From NCBI GenBank assembly GCA_000165425.1, contig CT868296.1, forward strand, positions 186,001-250,000: a DNA stretch of 64,000 nt, read 5' to 3'. Shown here one piece after another: positions 1 through 10,787 of this stretch (the first letter of the stretch is position 1; the number at the start of each line of letters is the position of its first letter). The notes beneath the pieces are model-generated. The model ran no database searches, was not told where the DNA came from, and saw nothing but the letters and a program-made list of their open reading frames with translations. The position numbers and the translations under genes are program-made. The DNA is from Paramecium tetraurelia. Lineage: Eukaryota.

Positions 1-1145
1 TTGAAAAGAGGAAGATAGATTAAATATGGGACACCATAGTTATGATCTAAGCATACCCATATGATTTTTATGGGAAACTTATTTTTAAAGCAAAAGAGAA
101 TCCAGAAAAGTTTGAAAACAATAGATTATCTAAATAGTCTCTTAGCAAAGACACGAAGAAATTCAAAGAAGAAGATAAGCCAACGGAAGCAAAGTAGAGT
201 AAATCAAAAATAGCAGATGATAGTATGAAGTTGACTGAGGAATAAAAATAAAAATTAAATGAATTAAATAAGACTAGATATCAACGTATAACATACATTA
301 AGGATGATATCAAATATTAAGACCAGTACGATAAAGCCTTAGAGTAAATTTGTTAAATCAACAATCCTAATTTTTAGACTGGCAATCATATCCGTCAACA
401 TGAACTTTACTTAAAGGAGTTAAAGAAGAAGAGTATGTCATAATATTTATAGTAATACTCTATTATATTGTTAGTTATCACATGTATTAGATTGTACACT
501 TTTTTGAAGCATATCATCAACGAAAAATAATGAAATTGAGGCTGGATTTTGCTAGGGATGATTTTGATAATCTGTATATAATAGATGCAGGATAATTATA
601 GTTTATAGATGTAAGAAAGATTGAGTGGGATGAATTGATATTGAAAGAGATATCTTTGATTAATCCAGATTATAAATAGCTAGTCTTAAGAGAAATAGAG
701 GAGAAGGAGAAGTTGCAAAGGGAGGGTGAAGTGGTAGTCAATCACTAGAGATAGAAATATTTAAAATAGGCTTTTGATGAGGTTGTAGGTTACTTCAGAG
801 AATAATACAGCAAAGCTATTGATAAATGTGAATCAGAACTGTAAAATCAACCAGATATTGATAAGACTGATGAAATCTTTAAAAAAATCAATCCGAGAGC
901 AGATTTGAAATTCTCAGAAATGTTAGCTATTCATAAACCTGACGAGATCATTAGACAGAAGGATTTATTGAGCAATTTCAGAATTGAATTAAGCAAGATT
1001 TTTGAGTCAATAGAAATATTATCGATAATCTAAGTAATTGGTTGAGAGTAAAGAGAGATACAAGAAATAGTTGAGATTAAGTGCTAGTAAATTATCAGCA
1101 GTTGATTTGAGATCATCTTCGAAATATGCATTCACTACTAAATGA
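1..1145 (+). CDS. Hypothetical coiled-coil protein, 5'-partial; apparent +1 frameshift near 999-1003
   Basis: Frame open from position 3 in the ciliate code (EKRKIDQIWDTIVMIQAYPYDFYGK...), with a GTA..TAG intron near 433-453. The frame stops at TGA 1043, but the +1 frame continues (LSQQKYYRQSKQLVESKERYKKQLRL...) to TGA 1143-1145. Confidence 0.65.
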
Positions 1146-1178
1146 AAATTTATTAACTTAATATGTAATATGAAGTAA

Positions 1179-1574
1179 TCAAAATTGGAGCAATTCATGG
1201 AGAATATAGTTTTAAATTTCCCTTAATTCTCTTTAAAGTGCAGATAAATTTGATTTAGTTTCTGTCTTAAACTATGCAACGACTTGCAGCATTTATAATT
1301 TTATTATTCTTAATTTAATCTGTTGCTTCTGTTCTTCAGTGATCTCAGTTTTCTGTAAGGTTTCATATAAGGAATTTTCAGTTTCTTAAATTTCGCTTAT
1401 GGTGTTAGTTAATTTTTATGTGATTGTATTCAAAGTTGTTGTATTATTAAGTTCGTAGTATTATTTAAAAGTTGGTATTTAAATATTCTTATTTTCTTTC
1501 TCTTAATCGTTAGGGTAATATTTGGTTTCGTAGTTTTCGGACAAATGCGAAACCGTACTATTGTTTGAATTCAT
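1179..1574 (-). CDS. Small hypothetical coiled-coil protein (131 aa)
   Basis: Intronless table-6 ORF MNSNNSTVSHLSENYETKYYP...LQRELREIQNYILHELLQF* from ATG 1574 to TGA 1181-1179. Confidence 0.55.
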
Positions 1575-1619
1575 CTAACAGATAATTAAGATATTCTGAA
1601 TGTATATAATTAAAATTAA

Positions 1620-2662
1620 ATGATTCATTTATCTAGAGGATTGAAGAATCAACTTAGACAAGTCACAATTCAAAACTTTGCTAATTCTACTAGAGTACCC
1701 AATCCTTTTGCACATCATGACGATCACGGAGACCATGACGATCATGGAGATCACGGTCATGGAGATCATGGACATGGAGATCATGGTCATGGACATGGTG
1801 ATCATGGACATGGAGTACCTCATGGTAGAGGCAGACCCAAGGTCGAATTCAATACAATTACTCAACATAGAGATCACTAGAACTTATATACTTATTTATG
1901 AGTGTAATCATTCATTATTGAATCATAGAGGGTCCTGGCTATATGCATTATCCAGGTGTCAATTACAATGAAGCTCATGGCAAACCCTATGACTGGAGAG
2001 ACGATCCAAAATATAATCCAGACTACATCACTCCAACAAAACATGTTGGTTGTCCAGATCCAAAAACATACGTATGGCCATTCGAAGGAAAGCTTGTTCA
2101 TTTCAATCCTTCTGAGGCCTTGCCTTAAGATCATCTTTACAACCCATCACTTCTTTTAAAACCAGAAAACAAATAAATAGGACAACCAATCTAACATTTG
2201 ACTGCAGCCTAACAAGACTAAGATGCTGATGTGAACCATGAATTTGATTATGAATCAGAAGATTGTGATTTCTAAACCGAGAGCTTCAGAACATAGCATT
2301 TCAGAAAAAGAGGACCTATGTGGCCATGGGCTGCAATGGCTACTATGCCATTAGTCTATTTCTGTAATATTCTCCATCTTATTCTGTTTAGGGGTTGAAT
2401 TCCTTTACCAAAGATATCCAGATGAAGATCACTGGAGAATCACTCACCCACCCCCTCTCAACTTCCCTGATAGTGAAGTAATTCTTATCATAATTTCATC
2501 TAGGATACTGACGATACTGACACTTATTAAGATTATCATTCACCAAGTGGTAAATTCTTGAGGGATATTGGTATTATTGGAGATTTGTGGTTTGATATTA
2601 AGGATGGTAAGAAGGTAATGAATAAATGGTCTGGATGCAATCAACCCCTTCCAGATATTTGA
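1620..2662 (+). CDS. Probable mitochondrial single-pass membrane protein with His/Gly/Asp repeat (possibly a respiratory-chain accessory subunit); +1 frameshift near 1895-1901
   Basis: Basic presequence-like N-terminus MIHLSRGLKNQLRQVTIQNFANS, then a (GDHGH)n repeat, YPGVNYNEAHGKPYDWRDDPKYNPD, a hydrophobic segment WPWAAMATMPLVYFW, three ~25-nt introns, and the end NQPLPDI*. The function is inferred. Confidence 0.7.
1713..1826 (+). repeat. Coding tandem repeat (~15-nt units such as ggagatcatggacat) encoding HHDDHGDHDDHGDHGHGDHGHGDHGHGHGDHGHG
   Basis: Visible directly in the sequence and in ORF 1620..1880. Confidence 0.9.
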
Positions 2663-2680
2663 ATAATACAAAATAAATTA

Positions 2681-3090
2681 TCAAAGAATTATTATATTAA
2701 CTTAAAATTGTAATATTTCATTAATTTCCTTGAAATCTCCCTCCTCTATTTGTTTTTCTACTAGCAATTTCATATTTATAATTCTTGAAGTTTCATATCT
2801 TCCATCCATTTTAATCACTTTTATTCCATTAAATTAAGCTTAATTCTATTTGGTTTAATATAGAGTTTATAATTGCAAATGATCTTCTAATAAATTTAGG
2901 AAATAGAAATTAAACTTTTCCTTATTCTTTTTTTAATTGCTGAAATCTATCCAAAATTTAATTATCTACATTTAATCACTAAGTCGATTGGCTTGTATGT
3001 CCAGTGAACTCCGATTATCTAAAATTTTATTTTTGTAGAGGTTGAATTGCGTTCTCAAATGAGGAAGTATATTAATGTATAAAAACGGTA
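2681..3090 (-). CDS. Possible hypothetical protein (~130 aa open frame, start codon not identified)
   Basis: TGA-free table-6 frame NILPHLRTQFNLYKNKILDNRSSLD...EEGDFKEINEILQFQVNIIIL*. No clear ATG. Confidence 0.3.
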
Positions 3091-3122
3091 TTTATATAAA
3101 TATTATTATTATTGAAAAAAGA

Positions 3123-4373
3123 ATGAAAAGTATTTCAGGAGTGTTAGTCATTCTCCTTTTGAGTTAGAGCGTATTTTGCAGTCCCAAAAAGATCAATACA
3201 GACTTTTTGAATTTACTTAGTTCTAAAACAAATGTCTTAAGTTCTCAAGATGCCATTCAATCAGTGCTTATTTTGCTTGAAGATCTGTAGGGAGCAAATG
3301 TTGAAGCTCAAGATAAGGCAGACCTCACCTTCTAACGCTTTGAATCAGCCATTTTGAAGGACGTCAATGAGTTCTCAGGAATTGTTAATGTAAATTCAAA
3401 GAGTGCTGCTGCAGCCTAATAAGACTTAGAAGCTGTCGAGTATTTATTTATCATTAAAAAACATCAAGTCTTAAGATCCAATAAACAACTGATTACTTGA
3501 ATTGGAATAACAAGCGATATAAGGCAAATGAAGTCAAGCTTGAAAATTTGGCTGAATAACGATGCGAAGCCAATGCTCTTTTCATTGATACTCTGAGAGA
3601 ATACAAAAATGCTCTTTCAGTTCTTGATTGGGTCAGAAGTGATGCTCAAAGCAAATAAAGTACCTTTGTAGAGAAGAATCACATTGGAGATTATGCAGAG
3701 AAATTGAGCAAGTATGCAAACTTGTTTGAAGAGCAAGCTGTCTAAGACTTTGGTAAATTAGGTGAACAAGAAACTTCATTTGCATAAACAAGTAGTTTTC
3801 CATATTAAATTTAAGGATCCCACGGTAATGGAGAATAATTGGCTTCATTGGTGGAAAAAGATGTTGTTGGAATCATCCAATAATTAATTGAAAAATTGAG
3901 AGATACAATCAAAAGCTTAGAAGAATAAGAAATCTAATCTGCTAATGATTTTGCTGATTTCAAAACTAACTTGCTTGCTGAATAAGAATCTCTTAAATAA
4001 GAATATGATGCCAAAGCTAAATTCTTGAACTCACTCCAAAATGATAAGGAATTGGCTTCAGATATTTTGACCAAGAAGAAGGAACTCCAAGAATAAAGCA
4101 TGAGAATCTTAAGTTTGACCTAAGGTAAATTATCAATTACTATTCTTTTTAGAGGAATACAATTACAAGAAGAAGTTGTACAATTCTGAAAAAGAGAAGA
4201 GACACGAAGAAAACTAATTATTGGAGGAATCTCTTTTAATCTATAGAGAGAAGATTGCAACAGTCAATGAGTATTTGAAAAAGAGAGTTAATGAATACGT
4301 GGGTGACTCCCTTATTGAAGAACATGCAGTCAGTAATCAAGCACCAGTCCAAAATAGAAAGGGAAAATAATGA
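3123..4373 (+). CDS. Trichocyst matrix protein precursor (TMP/granule-lattice family)
   Basis: Signal peptide MKSISGVLVILLLSQSVFC, acidic helical repeats (AIQSVLILLEDL; LENLAEQRCEANALF; IIQQLIEKLRDTIKSLEEQEIQSANDFADFK), three short introns, ~390 aa. This is the typical Paramecium TMP layout. Confidence 0.8.
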
Positions 4374-4543
4374 AAAACCAACAAACATTAAAATTATTAT
4401 AATTTAAAAAGTTTCTTCATAAAGGCTAAATTTATAAGTATTAATACATTTCTTTTAAAAATGATCTTAAATTAAATAATATCTAATTAATTGTATAATT
4501 TATACTATCTTAATCCCAAAAGATTTTTAACCTCAAAATTTTA

Positions 4544-4581
4544 GAGTAAATTTAATCATAATATTATGATTAAATTTACTC
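4544..4581. repeat. Perfect 38-bp palindrome (19-bp arms, no spacer)
   Basis: gagtaaatttaatcataat|attatgattaaatttactc: the second arm is the exact reverse complement of the first. Confidence 0.95.
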
Positions 4582-5355
4582 ATCAATCGTTTCTTAATAA
4601 TATTATTCAAAGATATAGATTTAAACTATAATTATGCAGGTGTTTGTGAAAGATCCCATTCTTATCTTTAAAATACAAATGTCTATATTTTCTGTAATTA
4701 AAATAGGCTATATAATATAGTCTCTAGTACAAAACATCAACAACATGTCTAGATGGAATTAATTCAAAGCAGTTATAAACCAAAAGACAAGTTTTCCTAG
4801 GTAAAGTATAAATATAGCAACTAAAGTAAGAAGTAAGATTAAATTTCAAGATTAATTAGAGAAGATCCATTATTTATAATATCTCTTGTTTTCATTAGTA
4901 ATTCAAATTTTCGATTTAATACCATATACTTATAATAACTAAATATGAAATAATAATTCATCAATGCAGAATATTTGATACATAAAATACAAATCAAAAT
5001 ACACGAATAGATTATAGAACTATAAAACATTTAAAACAAATTAATTGGTTTAATTTATTCTATTTAATCAAAATTTATGATTATTTAGAGTATTTATTCG
5101 AGATAAAATCTAAATGTCATACTGTATTATGTAAAATCTAATTGATTTCGATCTTATATCTTTAGGAGTAGTGATGGGGAATAACTTATTTATAGGATTA
5201 ATAATTCAGTGTTGGTAATTGAGAACAACTAGTATAGAGATTCTTAGTAAGAGAATTGAAAATTTAATAAATTATATATAAATGAACAATTAATTTATAT
5301 CCAGTTACTTAGATAAATACATAAATATTTATTGTACTACGTGTTTATAATGATA

Positions 5356-5801
5356 TCAATAGAAGAAACCAAGGATTTTACCTCCAATATGTCTTTATCT
5401 GGCTTCTTCGTGTGTAAGGATTCCAACATTGGTTGTAAGGACGACGCAACCAAATTGTCTAGCAGGTAGAATGTTGTTAGCCCATCTTTCAAATTCTCCT
5501 AATGTAACATCATATCTAGGAGAGATCACACCACATTTATTAATGCGTCCTAGAATTTAATGATTATTGGATACCCAATAATTCAACAACAATCTTGCCA
5601 CTTCTATGATCATCAACGATTTCGAATTCACCAATGTAGCCGTGTCTTTGCATAACTTATAAGAACTTCACAACTAATTTGGATGTGGGTCTAATGAGCA
5701 CTTGCTTTCTTCCTTGTCTTAAATAGTTAGGACAACAAGTACAACCTTTCAGCGTTCACAATAGAACGGAGGCAATCATTGAGGACATTCATTTTCACCA
5801 T
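5356..5801 (-). CDS. RPS15A: 40S ribosomal protein S15a (uS8)
   Basis: [32 protein letters not shown]...[38 protein letters not shown]...GGKILGFFY*; two introns. Confidence 0.98.
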
Positions 5802-5885
5802 TGGTCAATAAATATTTTTTTTAATTATTTTTAAATCTTATTTAATATGCTAACTTATTATTTTAATATGTTATAATATGTTCAA

Positions 5886-7944
5886 TCAACCACGGCCCTT
5901 CGAAAGACTTGCATAATGGATAAAATAATTACTCTGGGTCTTATTTAAGTACTTTCTTAGCCTATTTCAATGCTTTCAATGTTTTTTGTTGTTGTTATCT
6001 TTCTTGGAGGATGTAGACAGGCTAGAAGTAATAAATAGCAATTCCTTTACCTCTTCCAACATTTAGAAGACATTGTCACTCTTATTCATTTGATCATATA
6101 AAACCCATCTACATTTTGTCCAAAGTTTATTTGACTAAGTAATACCCAATGTACTAAAACTATTAGAAGAATAGTTTACTTTTGGAATGCTATCTCTTAG
6201 ATTTCTGATTAAGATTTTGTAATAGAGATCAACTCTATTTCTGAGTTCTCTGACTAAGATCTTTTTTGGATCCACAGTCTTAGTGTTTTGTTTGAATACA
6301 AGATCTGCCTTGGTTGTTAAGTATTCTTCATCGTTTGTATAGATGTAATTCATTTCTGCATCAATTTAATTGATCACAACTTGTTCAGCTTTGGCTCTTT
6401 GAGACTCAATGACTTTACGACTCATTTCTGAGATTTCATCTAGGACTGAAGGGAATCTAGTGAATACCTAAGTAGAAGAGGATTGAATACTTTTCTTAAG
6501 ATTTGTTAACTGATTTCATCCATATATTAGAATATTTGATCTAGAACATCTTAAGCAGGTCTGATGAGTGCTTGAACTTGAGGGACAATTAAATAGAGAA
6601 AACTATCAAAAGAGGGGAATCCTGGAATACTATCACCTTAATGTAATTGATCAGCCAATTCGATATCTTTATCTAGATAACAATCAGTGACATGATATTT
6701 TTCATCTGCATATTCTTGATAGAGTTCGTTAAACATTTGTTTAATTTTGGCTCCTCCTGTGAGTTCAATTTTCTTTTCCTCATCAGTAATTGTAGCCTCA
6801 TTTTTATCATATTTTCCATCCATTGTATTTTTAAATCCATCTGTATAATCTTGAAGTAAATTAAAAACTAATTAGACTTTGTCTTTTTAATCTCTTGGTA
6901 ACTCGGTACCAAGCAATTTGAGTTTATCTTCGCATTCATCAGCTTTAGTATCAATTTCCTTAATAATATCAGGTAGACACTTTCTAATGTGTTGATATAA
7001 GACAGTTGTCAATTTTTCAGTTAAGGCTCTGGTTCCTAAAATATCTTAAGGGATTCCAGCATATCTAGGATCATTAGCAAAGTAATCCTCTTCTTGACGA
7101 AGTGCTTTTTAAACAGGAACTTTATTAATGATATCTTATTAGCTTCGATTTTTGACTCCTATATATCCTAATCTCAATTTGACTTCCTCATTCAACAAAA
7201 CTTTGGATGCATCTGAACCTTCTCCCATAATATCGATTTTAGTGATTACACCAATAGTTCTGATGCCATCTGGATCAAGTTGACGAGCTAATTTCAAAGA
7301 TCTCTATGTCGTAATATCCTAACTTGCAGGCATTACACATAGAATGATGGTTCGTTCATCTTCGCAATATCTATGGTTTCATAAATTAGAAATACCTTTT
7401 GCACATATTTAATGTAATTTCTTCAATATTGTGAGGTTGATCAGAATCTCTCAATGGGATAAGAGTAATTCCTGGCAAATCTATAATTGTAAGATCTGGA
7501 CAATCAGGTGACCAAATTGTCAATTCGATAGGATCAGGTAAGATGTCTATGCTCAAACAATTACTTTACTCTTCTTCTATCCAGCCTTAGCATCAGTTAA
7601 TCTATCGATTTCCTCACGAACTTTAGTGAAATCTGTAAACTTCTTTTCTGGTACTTCCTTGAAGATTGCCCAAGGTTATAATCTTTCTTGAATATGGACA
7701 AGACGCAATTCCAAAGGGTCTACGAGTTACAACACCCTTTATTGAATAGCAATTAATCAATTACATCACCCCTAGGTAAGAAATCCAATCCACAAATGTT
7801 TTCCAATAAACTACTCTTTCCTGCACTCTACATTCCCACAACACATATTCTTGGCAATTTAATGTAATCTTAAACACCACAATCTCTTAGATCATCAATG
7901 AGAGTGACCATCTTTCTCATATTATCCCATAATCCAGATTTCAT
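5886..7944 (-). CDS. Dynamin-related GTPase (alveolate DRP type, no PH domain); one +1 frameshift at ~7713-7718
   Basis: G1 [39 protein letters not shown]3 DLPG, G4 TKID, stalk [33 protein letters not shown]; several short introns. Confidence 0.95.
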
Positions 7945-7972
7945 CGTAATAATGAATTAATTAAAAAAAAAA

Positions 7973-10736
7973 TCAATTTTTCAATTCCTTTTAGTCCATC
8001 ACAGCTTTAAATAGATTCATCTTATAGGCATCCCATTTCTTAACTTTCTTTGCTTCCTCAGCATCAAAAATAAGATCGAATTCAGGTTTTCTCTTAATTC
8101 CATCAATCAAATGTTGTTTCAAAGGTTGGCTAACCAAATGAAATAGTCCCTTATCCAATTTGTACACCTCAGTCTTAGCTGCATCACTAATCACTGTCAA
8201 TCTACTTCTTTCCGACAGATCATATTTCATTTCCATTATGTCCTCATCAAACAATTTATATTCATTCAATAACACTCTCCCCATAAAAAAGTCTCCTCTT
8301 ACAAATTCTTTATAAAGAAAATGGTATTTGAATGCCATATACTCTTTATTTTTATATATTTCCTAATATTAAAATGATTAAGGTATCCCTAATCCAGGCA
8401 CGTTCTCTAAATCTAAGGATGTATTCTTCACTCTCATTTTCTTGTCCTCTCTAATTTAAGCGTCTCTAATATTGATATTTTATTACAATCTATTAAACCA
8501 CATTTCAATGGCTTCTTCTTATTTGGATCATCCGCTCTCATCACTTTCAAATCTCTAATGAACACTTCCTCCTTCACACACTTGCATCTCCCACTTGCAA
8601 CAATGTAAAAGTATTTCTATGGTTCACCTTCCTTCAAAATCACTTAGCCCAATCTATAGGTTTCACTTTCCAATAGATTTGCTATAGGTATCAATTCCAT
8701 TTAAGATAGAAACTAGTATAATGAGTAGCAGTAATACATCAAAACAAGGCATAGTCAATAATGTCTTTAATTTATCCTCCAATTCTGAGGTAATGACATT
8801 CAGAATAATGCTTTTGAAATAATCTCTTGAGATAGCCAATAAATAAGTATCAACAGCACATTCAATTGAAGCACTTCTCTTCGGTTAGATTTTAACTTAT
8901 TCTTGTTTCTCTTCTTCATTGTAATCTTTCTTCCACCAATTCTTAGCCTTTTCCTTCTGTTATTCCGATCTCTACATCTCACCTCTTATCATATTTAATG
9001 TGTATTTGCTGTTAGAATGCAACTAGTTTTAATCAGGTCTATTAATTTTAGTGTTTGGATCAATCAAGGCCAATTCACCAAATTGTTACCCTGTATATAG
9101 AGTACTTACAATTGGATTACAATCAGCCACATGGGGGTTCTTAATTCTTACATGGCAACCCCCATTAAGGATTATATACATTTATTCTCCAACATCACCT
9201 TCATAAAAGATATATTCACCGCATTTGTAAAAAACCAAAGAACTCAATTTTAACAATAAAATTCTTGTTTATTTACTGAACTACCAAAAGAATTTTAGGT
9301 TTTTGCAAATCCCATCCAATACTTAAATTAGACATATATAATTTACATTCATAATTCCTATCATCTACTGATTTCTTTAACTCTCTTAATACTAAATTGA
9401 TCTCATCTAATGAGAAATGATCTCCAACCTTTAAAAATGGTGCTGGTTTATCTATCTTATTTTTCTGAGCATCCTCATATAATTTGTTATCCTCTTTGAC
9501 CATTTATTCAAACTTTTATTGAGTCTCCTTCAATTGCTATTCAAACGATCTATTTATTGGATCCACTTTAGCAAAAAAGTTTTATTATTCAACTAAAGGT
9601 TTATTAAATATTTAGATCTCATCATCCAGCATTTCAAAACTTTCTTCCTTGGCTAAATCACCATCATCTTCTAATTCACTCAATAATGAATTATGCTAAT
9701 CAAATTTGTCTAATAACACTTCTCTTTTAGCCATTGCTCTCTTCTTTTCTGCCTATGCTTACTTCATCTCTAAATATGGTCTCAAATCATCTAAGAATTG
9801 CTTTCTTTTCTTCTTTATATATTCCTTCTCTTTCTATGTCAATACATTTGTTTCTAAATCCAAATGAGTCAATGATTTCTCTAATTCATGTACTGATTCA
9901 TCCCTAGGTTTATTTGCTGTATTTGCCTATATCACAACCTTTTAAGCCAAGTCTTTCCAACAATCACCTAAAGGGTTCTCTCTTTTATAATTTGTTGTCT
10001 TGGGTCTGTTTTCAGGTAATAACTTTCGTTTCTTTACCTATTATGATTGAACAGGCCTATTTGATATTGTTTTCTCAATTAGCTCTCTCTGTCTTTCCAA
10101 TTTGGAGGATTAATTACGAGGCAATTATTGATAATTTACTAATCTAATCGATGATTTTAATCGTTCCATATGTTTATGAACATGGGGATTCACTGTAAAT
10201 TCATCAAAATCATTCTAATATAAATATTTTTCCATTTCTTACAATATACTCAGGAAATTTATTTTAAATTACAAATTATCCTGCTGTCGGTTCCATCTTA
10301 ATAACTTATGGCACTCGTTAAATCAATTATCTGAAATCTTAAGTTGGTTTTGGCTTTCTCTAAGCACCCTCAGGAGCTGTGGTAGCTCTAATTTCAAATT
10401 CAGGTTCTTGAGTTTGCTTTGATTGCTACACATCCTCATCATGAATTGATTGCATCTACATTGGTGGAGGTTCTTGAAAAAAGGGATACTGCAATTGTGG
10501 AACCTTTTTTATAGGTCTTGCTATAGGTTGTGCACTAATTGGAAGCCCTTATATAATAACCAAACTACATTACCTTTAATTAACTTAGCTGAATAATATG
10601 CAGATGTTATTCTATTTTATTATTTCAATTGTGGATATATCACACTTACAGTGGCAGCTGATTCATGTTTCTGTATTGATTTTGTTTATGTTTCCTATTA
10701 ACCAAGTTATTTCTTATTATTAAGTAGTGTTTTCAT
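7973..10736 (-). CDS. Protein with two cyclic-nucleotide-binding (cNMP) domains
   Basis: Domain 1: YKCGEYIFYEGDVGEQMYIILNG...GQQFGELALI...KRSASIECAVDTYLLAISRDYF. Domain 2: YRLGQVILKEGEPQKYFYIVASGRC...GDFFMG...RSRLTVIS. The N-terminal exons join through a 28-nt intron near 10215-10242. Confidence 0.8.
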
Positions 10737-10787
10737 TAGAAAGCAAAATGTTTGATATTTAATATATTTGTTATATAATTATTTCAT

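Noticed and set aside
4634..4948. 104-aa ORF starting MQVFVK (ubiquitin-like start)
   Set aside because: No further ubiquitin similarity and no di-Gly; open frames of this size are common when TGA is the only stop.
10210..10242. Apparent overlap of two minus-strand genes (ATG 10235 upstream of TGA 10212)
   Set aside because: A 28-nt GTA..TAG intron joins the two frames into one cNMP-domain gene.
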